Position numbers and translations under genes: made by a program. A stretch of 64,000 nucleotides of DNA, from positions 17,494,184 through 17,558,183 of the forward strand of contig NC_081359.1 in NCBI RefSeq assembly GCF_030684315.1, written 5' to 3'. Of this stretch, positions 39,369-50,608 are shown piece after piece. Each line of letters opens with the position of its first letter. Within the stretch, counting starts at the first letter, position 1. This DNA is from Stegostoma tigrinum. Taxonomy: Eukaryota. The notes beneath the pieces were generated by a model. That model was not told the DNA's origin and ran no database searches. It saw nothing but the letters and a program-made list of their open reading frames with translations.

Positions 39369-39739
39369 ATTATAGAATGTTATTGAATGAAGACCAATGT
39401 AGGCATAACAAAAAACATTTTAACAGCTACAGAATAATCTATTAATTTTAAGATTCGCTAAGTATGGCTGCTGATGACTGATCAGTCTTTGAAATGGTAG
39501 CTAGGAACACAATAGAGAAACATTAAAAGGAGGGAAAGGACGTTGACTGAACAAAAGATTAGAGAGCTGAAGAAAATTAATGAAGACAAAAGCAAAAGCA
39601 GGTGCTGGAAATCTAAAATGAATGCAGAATACATTGGGCAGATAATTGACAGTCGGAGAGCACCTACAGAACAATACTGTGTTTCAGGTCTATATTTCAT
39701 TAGAACTGGAAGAAGCTAAAGATCTAACAGTTGGCAGAA

Positions 39740-40870
39740 AGGGTCAATGAGTGAAATGTTGTTGATATGGTGTATATAGATTTCCAAAAGGCATTTGATA
39801 CAGTGCCACACAACAAAACTGTGAGAAAAGTTCATGTAATAAAAGTGACGGCAGCAAGCTGGTAGCAAGTAACAAAATTGGCTAAGTGATAGAAAACAGG
39901 CTGTAATGGTCAATGGATAATTTTCGGGCTGGAGTAGCGATCCCCGGGGGAGTGTAATCAGGATCCTTGCGTTTCCTATTAGGAATCTCGATCTTGATGT
40001 GCAAGGGGCAGTTTCAATGTTTACAGATTTTATAAAAGTTGGAAGCACTAAATAATGAAGAGCAGAGTGCAGAACTCCAAAAGGATGTGGCCTGTTTAGT
40101 GGAATGGGCAAATGGTGGCAGATGATGTTCAATGCAGAGAAATATGAAGTCTTGCATTTTAGTTGGAGGAACATGGGCAGACAATATAAATTAAAGAGTG
40201 CAATTCTAAATGGGGTTCTGGAGAAGAGGGATCTAGCCGTATACGTGTACAGTATGTTAATGGTGGAAGGACAGATAGGAAGAATGATTAATAAAGCATA
40301 TAATATCCTAGGCTTTATTAGTGGGGGCATGGAGTACTAGAGCAAGGATGTTATGCTGAATTTTATACAGGGTACTTATTAAACTTCAGCTACAGTACTG
40401 TGTACAGCTCTACACTGCAGGGAGGAGGTGAACTCTTTGGTCAGCCGAAGAGATTTACAAGAATGGTTCGAGGGATGAGAAGGGATTGAAGATGTTGGAA
40501 CTATTCTCCATGGAGAGAAGGTTGAGAGGAGATCCAACAGAAGTTTTCAACATCACCAGGGTGGAGCTTAGAGTATTAAGGAGAAACTGATCATAAAATT
40601 ATCAAGAATGAGAAGGCACAGATTTAAAATGATTTGCAAAGGATCAAATGTGATGGGAGGAAAAAGAAAATCATGAGTGGTTAGAATGCACTGCCAAGAA
40701 ATGTGGCAGAGCGAGGTTCCATTGAAGCATTAAGGAGGCATTGGATGATTATTTAAATAGGAACAATGTACAAGGGTATGGAGAAAAGGCAGGAAAATTG
40801 CACTTATGTTATGATGCTTACTTGGACAGCTGATGAGTTCTTTCTGCACCATAACACTCCTGCGACTCTG
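39740..40870 (+). mobile_element. CR1 RT and 3' fragment
   Basis: gatttccaaaaggcatttgatacagtgcca (DFQKAFDTVP); WQMMFNAEKYEVLHF. Confidence 0.85.
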
Positions 40871-41479
40871 TCAAATAGGTAGACACAAAAATAGATCAGG
40901 GTTGAAGATAGCAGCAAAAGGATGGGTTGAAAAGCAGAAGTGATTATATGACACATGATGATTATGCATGATCTGGTATGATATTTTAATACACAAATAA
41001 ACAAATAAGATTGATCCAGAGTTCGTGAAAATGACACCAAGAGAATTATTATCAATGTTTGCAGAGAAAATGTCTGCCTGCGAAATCAGGAGCAGTTGAA
41101 ATACTTTGCATTTGATTTTGAGACCAAATGAAAGATGAGGTGCCATTCCTTTAGTTTGCTTGTAGATTAGTAAAGACACTTGTACAAATGTGGTGCTGAA
41201 ATATTAGATGCTAAGGCAGTTGCAGATCAGGCTTCTTGAAGGCTTGGGTTTGTGAGTTTAGAATGCAAAGACAAAGTAAATAGGATAGACAAAAAAGGGA
41301 AAGAATATAATGGGACCAGAAAAGCATAGTTCATTGACAGAAAAATGGCGAAATGAATAGGATTGAGATGAAGTGTATTCCATATTCTCGACACTGTCAG
41401 GGTGGAGATATATTTCCTATTAATATTTTTAGTAAAGCAATAACAACTTGTATTTGTATAGCATCAGCAATGCCACAGA

Positions 41480-42400
41480 ATCACAGAAGCATTGTAGCTC
41501 AGAAGGTGGTCATTAAGCCTTTTGTGCCTGCACAAGCTCATTAAACAGGTATTATCTAGTGCTTATCTCCTGCTTTTCCCCCATATCTGCACATTATTTT
41601 TATGTAAGTAATTATCTAATGCCTTCCTGAATGCCTCCACCGCATTTCTGGGCAGAGCAATCCATATGTATGGATATCCATAACTAAGTCAGAAGTCAAA
41701 CAACACCATTTTATAGTCCAATAGGCTTATTTGAAATCACAAGCTTTCGAAGTGTTGCTCCTTCGTCACTTTGTACTACAGATAGGGGGTCATTCACCTG
41801 ATGGAGAAGCGTGTTGAAAGTTTGTGATATCTAATAAATCTGTTGCACTATAACAGGTGTTGAGTGACTTCTGAATTTGTCCATCCCAGTCCAACACCAG
41901 TACCTCCACATCAAACTTTAACTATTCAACAAGTGAAAAGGTTTTTCCTCAATTAACTCTTCCTCCCTTTGCTGATCCCTTTAAATCATGATCCCTTGAT
42001 CTTGTCCTTATTCTAAGCGAGAACAATGTTTTCCAAAGTAATCTATCCAGGTATTCATGATTTTGAAATCCTCTAACAGATCTCCTCTTAGATGCCTTCT
42101 CTCCAAACAGAACAGTTCAAACTTCTTCAACCTATCTTCAGAACTGAAGCTCCTCACCTCTGAAACCACTCTTGGATGGTACTTCTGCACTCTTTCCAAT
42201 GTACTCACATCTTTCCTATAATCCAGGACTGTAGACAGTTTTCAAGTTGAGGTCTAATAGTCACTTATGCGAATGCAACATCTCCTCCCTGATCTTGTAC
42301 ACATTTTTTTAAAAACAGTTACTGTCCTCGCTACCTGCCCTGCCACTTTCAATGCTCAGTGCATATTTACACCCAGGTCTCTCTGCCCCCAACCCCGTAA
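41480..42400 (-). mobile_element. CR1 3' fragment interrupted by a Penelope mini-element
   Basis: Peptide LERVQK...LERRHLRGDLLEDFKIM. Confidence 0.75.
41686..41915. mobile_element. Fold-back Penelope-derived mini-element (family 3)
   Basis: Arms cagaagtca...tatagtccaa...atcacaagctttc / gaaagtttgtgat...ttgcactata...tgacttctg, with degenerate CTGATG...GAAA cores in both arms. Confidence 0.7.
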
Positions 42401-43444
42401 CATTTGTGTTTCAGAGAATTATCAAATGACATAAAGCGAACATTAAATAGGTGAACGAAATCTGGGTTAAAGATAGATTCCGATAACAAGATGAAAGGTT
42501 TCAAATGGTTTCACAACTAAGCAAAAAACTATCATAATGAAAACAAAGCATCATGTCACTGAAGATTTCTTCTTTTACTGTGGTGTTCAGTTTTTAAAAA
42601 ATTAAAAAATAAAGGTTTATAGCAAAAATGCTTGCAGATTGTCATATCACAGTAAAATACCTCTAGCAATGAAAGACAGTTTGTACAACAAATATTCAGT
42701 CAAACTTCTTTTTGTAGGTATCATATATGCATGTCTTCACTGAAAGATAGTAAGTTACTCGGTAAAATCAGTTTGGTTTTCTTACTAGACTGTGGATTTC
42801 GCCTGTAATATCACAAAGCGTGCTGTCTTTTATGACCAAGAACAACTCAAGTTATAAAAGCCAATGGTATAAGTCAATGGGGAAAAAGCAATGTAGTCTA
42901 TCATGTGCATCAACACCAGGCTCAGTGCTGTCCTTAGTCAATGTCCAACATACCGAGTTGTGGGTTCAAATCCTGCTCAGAACTTCAGAGTAAAATCTCA
43001 GCACAGTACTGATCGACTGCTGTACTGTTTGAAGTGCCATCCTCATAGCCCTACAATACGTTTTCTCCTTTCAGGTGGACATCCAATTCCACTGTGAATA
43101 ATACTACTGAATCTGCTTCCACTTTTCCTTCAGTCAGCACATTCCAGATAATAGAAAGCTGTTGCTTAAAAAAAGCTCTCCTATCTGATTTGTTCCTTTC
43201 TCCAATTACCTTCAATCTATGCCTGTATTATTAATCCATTTGCTAGTTGGAAGTTAAGCCTCCTGCTTGTGGAAGCAGCTTCTCCTGATTGTCAAATTTT
43301 TGAATTGTTTGAATGGAGTCAACCTTTATTACAAATCTGCTTCACCTTTTATATTCTAAAGACCAATCCACGCATGATTCTAGTCTCCACATAACTGAAG
43401 TTCTTTATCACTGCTACCTTTAAAACGAACAGTTCACAAAAGGT

Positions 43445-44665
43445 ATCAGAGATAATGGGAACTGCAGATGCTGGAGATTCCAAGATAATAAAATGTGAGG
43501 CTGGATGAACACAGCAGGCCAAGCAGCATCTCAGGAGCACAAAAGCTGACGTTTCGGGCCTAGACCCTTCATCAGAGAGGGGGATGGGGGGAGGGAACTG
43601 GAATAAATAGGGAGAGAGGGGGAGGCGGACCGAAGATGGAGAGTAAAGAAGATAGGTGGAGAGGGTGTAAGTGGGGAGGTAGGGAGGGGATAGGTCAGTC
43701 CAGGGAAGACGGACAGGTCAAGGAGGTGGGATGAGGTTAGTAGGTAGCTAGGGGTGCGGCTTGGGGTGGGAGGAAGGGATGGGTGAGAGGAAGAACCGGT
43801 TAGGGAGGCAGAGACAGGTTGGACTGGTTTTGGGATGCAGTGGGTGGGGGGGAAGAGCTGGGCTGGTTGTGTGGTGCAGTGGGGGGAGGGGATGAACTGG
43901 GCTGGTTTAGGGATGCAGTAGGGGAAGGGGAGATTTTGAAACTGGTGAAGTCCACATTGATACCATATGGCTGCAGGGTTCCCAGGCGGAATATGAGTTG
44001 CTGTTCCTGCAACCTTCGGGTGGCATCATTGTGGCAGTGCAGGAGGCCCATGATGGACATGTCATCAAGAGAATGGGAGGGGGAGTGGAAATGGTTTGCG
44101 ACTGGGAGGTGCAGTTGTTTGTTGCGAACTGAGCGGAGGTGTTCTGCAAAGCGGTCCCCAAGCCTCCGCTTGGTTTCCCCAATGTAGAGGAAGCCGCACC
44201 GGGTACAGTGGATGCAGTATACCACATTGGCAGATGTGCAGCTGAACCTCTGCTTAATGTGGAATGTCATCTTGGGGCCTGGGATGGTGGTGAGGGAGGA
44301 GGTGTGGGGACAAGTGTAGCATTTCCTGCGGTTGCAGGAGAAGGTGCCGGGTGTGGTGGGGTTGGAGGGCAGTGTGGAGCGAACAAGGGAGTCACGGAGA
44401 GAGTGGTCTCTCCGGAAAGCAGACAGGGGAGGGGATGGAAAAATGTCTTGGGTGGTGGGGTCGGATTGTAAATGGCGGAAGTGTCGGAGGATAATGCGTT
44501 GTATCCGGAGGTTGGTAGGGTGGTGTGTGAGAACGAGGGGGATCCTCTTGGGGCGGTTGTGGCGGGGGCGGGGTGTGAGGGATGTGTCGCGGGAAATGCG
44601 GGAGACGCGGTCAAGGGCGTTCTCAATCACCGTGGGGGGAAAGTTGCGGTCCTTAAAGAACTTAA
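43445..44665 (-). mobile_element. Young 5'-truncated Penelope-like element (GIY-YIG endonuclease end, 3' UTR, hammerhead) with perfect 14-bp TSD
   Basis: Uninterrupted ORF 43800-44672 with NVVYCIHCTRCGFLYIGETKRRLGDRFAEHLRSVR; TSD agttcacaaaaggt at 43431-43444 and 44666-44679; GC- and CpG-rich. Confidence 0.95.
43545..43577 (-). ncRNA. Minimal hammerhead ribozyme motif of the Penelope-like element
   Basis: Minus strand cu-CUGAUGA-agggucuaggccc-GAAAC-GUC-ag. Confidence 0.75.
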
Positions 44666-44870
44666 AGTTCACAAAAGGTCTTTAGGAAAGAAATTTGATA
44701 TCCCTACTTGATCTGGCCTACATGTGACTCCACACCCAGAGCTTTTAGCTCACTCTCAACAACCCTTTCAAAATAGCCAAACAAGCCATTCAGTTCAAGA
44801 GCAATTCAGGATGGGCACCAAATGCTGGCCTTGCCAATGCTGCCCTCATGCTATAAAAGAACTTAAAAAG
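44666..44870 (+). mobile_element. SINE-B 3' half (host of the Penelope insertion)
   Basis: tctggcctacatgtgactcca...cattcagttcaagagcaattcaggatgggcaccaaatgctggccttgcc. Confidence 0.75.
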
Positions 44871-45039
44871 CTATTTATCAAAAATCCCTTTTGAAAGGTA
44901 TGATTAATTTTGCTTCTGCCACCCTTTCAGACAGCCCATTTCCAGTTCTTAACAACTCGCTTCTTTTGTCCTTTGTTTACTGAACCATTTCCACAGCAGA
45001 CTGTGATAAATGGTAAATCTGTGATAAATCCTGAACTGA

Positions 45040-45065
45040 AACTAAGATTTGTTTGTTTAATATAG
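45040..45065 (+). promoter_or_regulatory. Probable splice acceptor of the GPR183 coding exon
   Basis: Branch-like actaag, T-rich tract tttgtttgtttaa, then tatag, 29 nt before the first ATG. Confidence 0.6.
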
Positions 45066-45094
45066 CTTCAGCAGTTCCAGTTTCCGGAGGGCTC

Positions 45095-46216
45095 ATGGGA
45101 ACAAACTTGACCGTGAAAAATTCAGCATTTCCAGTTTCCATGGAGGCAAGCTCGATTGTGAATAATTCAACAACTCACCCTAACACTTCAATGTGTAATC
45201 TGTACAGCCACCACCAAACAGCCAGCATCGCTTTGCCAATAGTCTATACTGTCATATCAATAGTTGGCATTTTTGGCAACGGCCTTGCCATAGTCGCCAT
45301 CAGAAAAAAGCAGAAAAAAATCAATTCGACTACACTTTACTCCATGAATCTGGTGATCTCAGACATTTTCTTCGCTGCTGTTCTACCTGCCCGAATAGTA
45401 TACTATGCACGAGGATTTAACTGGCCATTTGGCGAAGCAATGTGCAGAATTACTGCAGTAATTTGTTACAGCAACATATATGCGAGTGTAAGCTTCATGA
45501 CCTGCTTAAGTTTGGATCGATTGCTCGCGGTAATATATCCGTTCCGACATTCTAAGTTCAGAAACGTCCGCAACGTCAAGAAAATCTGCACTATTGTGTG
45601 GATAATTATTCTTTGCCAGACGGTACCACTGCTGCTTGTCCAAATGTCGAAATTGGCTGAAGGCAACTTCTTAACATGCATGGAATACCCAAATTTTGAG
45701 GATATTCCAAGCCTTCCACAAATGCTGCTCGGTGCTTGCGTAATCGGTTACGTGTGCCCCGTGGCTATCATGCTATTTTGTTACTCTAAAGTCAGTTCTA
45801 AACTCTTCAGATCAGCAAAGGAGAACCCCTTAACTGAAAAATCAGGAAGAAACAAAAAAGCCAACAACGTAATCCTGCTTGTACTCTTCGTGTTCTTTAT
45901 ATGTTTTACTCCCTACCACGTGGCCATTGTGCAACACATGATCAAAAAGTTGCAGTACGAAATATCCTGCCAGGAACAACAGAACTTTCAAATAGCTCTA
46001 CACGTGACAGTTTCTGTGATGAACTTTAACTGCTGCCTAGACCCCTTCATCTATTTCTTTGCCTGCAAAGGCTACAGGGCCATTGTGCTCAAGATGTTCA
46101 AACAGCCCGTTAGCGTGTCTATTTCAAGTGGAGTTAAGACGACCCCAGACAACTTCTCACCTGGGGCTGGGAATTTCGAGCCTGCAATAGGGACAACTTC
46201 TGACACCAACTTGTAG
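45095..46216 (+). CDS. GPR183: G protein-coupled receptor 183 (EBI2, oxysterol receptor), 373 aa from the first ATG
   Basis: Intact 7TM class A GPCR with EBI2-specific motifs CNLYSHH, KKINSTTLYSMNLVISDI, LPARIVYY, TCMEYPNFE, AKENPLTEKSGRNKKA, CFTPYHV, MNFNCCLDPFIYFFACKGY; nested in UBAC2 as in human. The ORF-track start at 45053 is a TTG lying in the intron. Confidence 0.96.
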   Translation: MGTNLTVKNSAFPVSMEASSIVNNSTTHPNTSMCNLYSHHQTASIALPIVYTVISIVGIFGNGLAIVAIRKKQKKINSTTLYSMNLVISDIFFAAVLPARIVYYARGFNWPFGEAMCRITAVICYSNIYASVSFMTCLSLDRLLAVIYPFRHSKFRNVRNVKKICTIVWIIILCQTVPLLLVQMSKLAEGNFLTCMEYPNFEDIPSLPQMLLGACVIGYVCPVAIMLFCYSKVSSKLFRSAKENPLTEKSGRNKKANNVILLVLFVFFICFTPYHVAIVQHMIKKLQYEISCQEQQNFQIALHVTVSVMNFNCCLDPFIYFFACKGYRAIVLKMFKQPVSVSISSGVKTTPDNFSPGAGNFEPAIGTTSDTNL

Positions 46217-46310
46217 AGACAATTTACTTGACGATACCAGGAAAAGACAAAAGCCAGGCATAAAACCTCAATGTATATATTAACCATGTTGCCTACACGT
46301 AAAGTATAGA

Positions 46311-46316
46311 AGTAAA
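46311..46316 (+). terminator. Possible variant poly(A) signal AGTAAA of GPR183
   Basis: Followed by GU/U-rich sequence; no AATAAA before the TE block starting at ~46372. Confidence 0.3.
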
Positions 46317-46371
46317 GTGTTCTTTTGTTAACTTTCTTAATTTACATGTAGTTTTTCATTTTCCTGGAATG

Positions 46372-49300
46372 GTCATAGAGTCATATAGCTGTACAGCATG
46401 GAAACAGGTCCAATTCGTTCATGCTGGCCAGATATCCTGAATGAATCTAGTCGCATTTGTTAGCATTTGGCCCATATCCCTATATAACGTTTCTGTCAAT
46501 GTACCCATCCAGATGCCTTTTAAATCTTGTAATTGTACCAGCCTCCACTACTTCCGCTGGCAGCCCATTCCATAAATACACCACCCTCTGTATGAAAATG
46601 TTGTCCCTTATGTCTTGTTTCAATCTTGCCCCTCTCACCTTAAAATTATGCCCTCTAGTTTTGGGCTCCCCTACCCCAGGGAAAAAGACATTGGCTATTC
46701 ACTGTGGCCATGTCCTCATGAATTTGTAAATCTCTATCATGTCACCCCTCAGCCTCCAACGCTCCAGGGAAAATAGCTCCAGTCTATTCAGGGTGGAGCA
46801 GATAGGTGAGTAGGAAGATAGACAGGTTAGATCAGGTCAGGGAGGTGAGGACAATGGGGAGGGCTGGACATGGGATAATGTAGACAGTGGAGGGACTTTG
46901 AAGCTGGTGAACTCAATGTTGTAGCCATTGCACTGTAAGCGCCTAAGGCAAAATAACAGGTTCTTGCAGTTCACGTTTCCATAGGCCCAACCAGTTCCCC
47001 CTCCATGCCTTTTGCCTTGGGAACTTACTGCCCAATGGTCTCCACACTGACCTCACCAGCTTCAAAATCCTTCCATCTCCACCTTATCCAATGTCCAGAC
47101 TTCCCTCCTCCTCACCTCCCTGACCTGTCCTAATCTGTCCATCTTCCTACTCACCTATCCACTCCATGCTTCCCACAGACCAATCACAATAACTCTTACC
47201 TGCATTCACCTATCACTATCTCTCCTAACCTTTCCCCTGCCCCCACCCCGTCCCTCTATTTATTTCTAGGCTCCCCTCCCCCGTTCTGAGCAAGGGCTTC
47301 AGCCTGAACCGTTGACTTGACTCTTGGCTGAACTGGTCCCCACTCTCAACAACTTTTCCTTCGATTCCTCCCACTTTCTACATGGGCACCCGCACGGGTC
47401 TGAGCTATGCCTGCCTTTTTGTAGGATTTGTGGAACAGTCCCTCTTCCACAACTACATCAGCCCTATCCCTCACATCTTTCTCCATCGTGGTTTGGCCTC
47501 ATGCTCCCATAAAGAGCTTGAGCAGTTCATCAACTTCACTAACGCCTTCCACCCCACCCTCAAATCCACCTGGACTATTTACGACACCCACCTCCCCTTC
47601 TTGGACCTCTCCGTCTCCATCTCCAGAAACCAAATCACCACCCACGTCCATTTCAAACCCACTGGCTCCCACAACTACTTCAACTACACCTCATCTCACC
47701 CACCCTCCTGAAAAATGCTATCCCAGACTCCCAATTCCTCTGCCTCTGCCATATCTGCTCCCAGGATGAGGTGTACTACTCCAGGACATCAGAGATATCA
47801 TCCTACTTTAGGGACTGTAATTTCCCTTTGTCTGGAATTAGGGATGTCCTCAACTGTATCTCCTCCATTTCCCACACTTCTGCCCTCAAACCCCTCCTCC
47901 CAACAAAAATAAGGAAAGAGTCCCCCCTGTATCACTCCAACAACCTCCACATCCAACGCATCACCCTCTGACATTTACACCATCTACAACTAGACCCTAC
48001 CACCCCTGTCCGCTTTCCACAGGGACCATTCATTCCATGACTCCCTCGTCAATTCTATACTCCCCACCAATCCTTCCACCACACTCAGCACCTTTCCCTG
48101 CAACTGCATGAAGTGCAACACCTGCCTCAACACGTCCCCCTTCAGCTCCGTCCAAGGCCCCAAACAATCCTTCCAGATCCAGCAGAGATTCACCTGCACT
48201 TCATCCAACCTGATTTATTGTATCCGTTGCTCCCGATGTGGTCTCCTCTATATCAGAGACTGGTTCGCGGAGCATCTGCACTCTGTACGCATCAACCAAC
48301 CTGATCTTCTGGGTGCCATCCCTTTTAACACCCCCTCCTACTACCCTGATGACATGTCCATTCTTGGCCTCCTCCATTGTCAGAATGAGGCCAAACATAA
48401 ACTGGAGGAAGGCCACCGATATTTTGCCTTTTGCCTTGGGAACTTACTGCCCAATGGTCTCCACACTGACCTCACCAGCTTCAAAATCCTTCCATCTCCA
48501 CCTTATCCAATGTCCAGACTTCCCTCCTCCTCACCTCCCTGACCTGTCCTAATCTGTCCATCTTCCTACTCACCTATCCACTCCATGCTTCCCACAGACC
48601 AATCACAATAACTCTTTCCTCCATTCACCTATCACTATCTCTCCTAACCTTTCCCCTGCCCCCACCCCGTCCCTCTATTTATTTCTAGGCTCCCCTCCCC
48701 CGTCCTGAGCAAGGGCTTCAGCCTGAACCGTTGACTTTCCTGCTCTCTGATGCAGTCTGACCTGCTATGCTTTTCCAGCCTCACACCTAACTAATGTCCT
48801 GTACAGTTGCAATATAACATCCCTACTCTTATGCTCGATGCATTGACCAATAAAGGCGAGCATAGCAAATGCCTCCTTCGCCACCCTGTCTATCTGCAAC
48901 TCCACTTTCAATGAATTATGAACCTGCACCCATAAGGTCTTGTTGCTCAGCAACATTCCCCAGGGCCCTACCATTACCTGTATCAGATTTGACCTGATCT
49001 GCCTTGCAAAATGCAACACTTCACATTTACCTAAATCAAATTCTATCTGACATTCCTCAGCCCATTGGCCTATCTGATCAAGGTCTCTTTCATTGTTCAC
49101 TATACTAACAATTTTGGTGTCATCTGCAAACTAACTAACCATTCCTCCTATATCCACATCCAAATCATTTGTATAAATGACAAAACGCAATGGAACCAGC
49201 ATCGATCCTCATGGCACACTGCTGGTAACATGCCTCAAGTCTGAAAAGCGACCATCCAATACCATTCACTGTCTCCTACCTTCAAGCCAATTTTGTATCC

Positions 49301-50240
49301 AAATGGCTAGATCCCTCAGATTACAACCTCGCTAATCAGTCTACCAATGTGAAATCTTGTCAAGCACCTTGCTAACAGACAATGTCTACCGCTCTGCGTT
49401 CATCAAACATCTTTGTCACTTCTTCAAAAAACTCAACCGATCAATTCCCCATGCAGAAAGCCATGTTGGCTATCCCTAATCAGTCCTTGCTATTTCAAGT
49501 ACATGTAAATCCTTTCCCTCAGATTTCCCTCCAACAACTTACCCAGCGCTGACGTCAGACTCACTGGTCCAAAGTTCCCCAGCTTTTCCTTACCACCTTT
49601 CTTATGTAATGGCACATTAGCCACCCTCCAGTCTTCTCGTACCTCACTCATAGCTACTGATGATAATATCTTTTCAAGTGGCCCATCAATCTCTTCCCTA
49701 GATCCCCATAAAGTTCTAGAATACACCTGATCAGGTCGGGGGACTTAACTGCCTTTATGCGTTTTAGGACTTTCAGCACCTCCTCCTTTGTAATAAATGG
49801 CTACAGTACTGCCACTGTGATGACATGCATGCTAACTACACTCAAAGTTGCAATGCAACTTTGTCCAAAGTGGAAGGAATCCCACTGAGCTGCATGTGTT
49901 GAGATGCTGCAGAGTCATGGGTTTCAAATGGAAAATAACCAACATTTGGACTTATCAGCAAGGGCCCCTGCAATCTCTTCCCTAGCTTCCCATAATGTTC
50001 CAGAATACACGTGATCAAGTCCCAGGGATTTATCCACCTTTAAGAAGTTCAGCATCTCCTCCTTTGTGATATAGACACTTCTCAAGATATCACAATTTGT
50101 TTCTCCAAGTTCTCTGGCTTCCATAACCTTCCGCGCAGTAAATACGGATGTGAAATCTCATTTAGAATCTCACCCATCTCCTGCGGTTCCACATGTAGAC
50201 AGCCTCGGTGATCTTTCAGGGGCTCTATTTTCTCCCTAGT
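46372..50240 (-). mobile_element. CR1 LINE (3' tail at 46372, RT at 48790-50240) interrupted by a Penelope element and an inverted insert
   Basis: Peptides GGKEKLGNFGPVSLTS, QIEFDLGKCEVLHF, DKSLGLDHVYSGTLWEAREEIAGAL. Confidence 0.88.
46791..48787 (+). mobile_element. Decayed Penelope-like element with an inverted 5' piece (46791-46980) and direct pseudo-LTRs (47006-47318 and 48425-48737)
   Basis: RT remnant MGTRTGLSYACLFVGFVEQ...LPFLDLSV; GIY-YIG remnant NLIYCIRCSRCGLLYI. Confidence 0.9.
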
Positions 50241-50505
50241 CACAGAATCATAGAATCCCTACAGTGTGGAAACAGGCCAGTCGGCCCATCGAGTCCACAC
50301 CAGCGCTCCAAACAACTTCTCACCCAGGTTCACTCCCCACAACCAATCCACCTAGCCCACACATCTTTGGACTGTGGGAGGAAACCCATGCAGACACAGG
50401 GAGAGCGTGCAAATTCCACACAGACAGTCATCCAAGGCAGGAATCGAACCCGAGTACATGGCACTGTGAGGCAGCAGTGCTAACCACTGAGTTACTGTGC
50501 CGACC
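50241..50505 (-). mobile_element. HE1-type V-SINE, internally deleted
   Basis: Head, V domain and tail homologous to the other HE1 copies. Confidence 0.88.
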
Positions 50506-50608
50506 AAGGTCATCCCACAGAAACATCCAAAGTCCAAATGCTGGTTATTTTCCACTTGAAACCCATTTGAAATGACTCTGCACTATCTTAGCAAATGCAA
50601 CTCAATAG

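Noticed and set aside
39716-40330. 204-aa minus-strand ORF
   Set aside because: Antisense to a decayed CR1 RT; no recognisable domain.
43819-44711. Several overlapping ORFs over 100 aa on both strands
   Set aside because: Shadow frames of the GC-rich Penelope ORF.
45053-45094. ORF-track N-terminus MFNIASAVPVSGGL of the GPCR
   Set aside because: It starts at a TTG inside the acceptor tract; the first ATG is at 45095, unless an unseen upstream coding exon exists.
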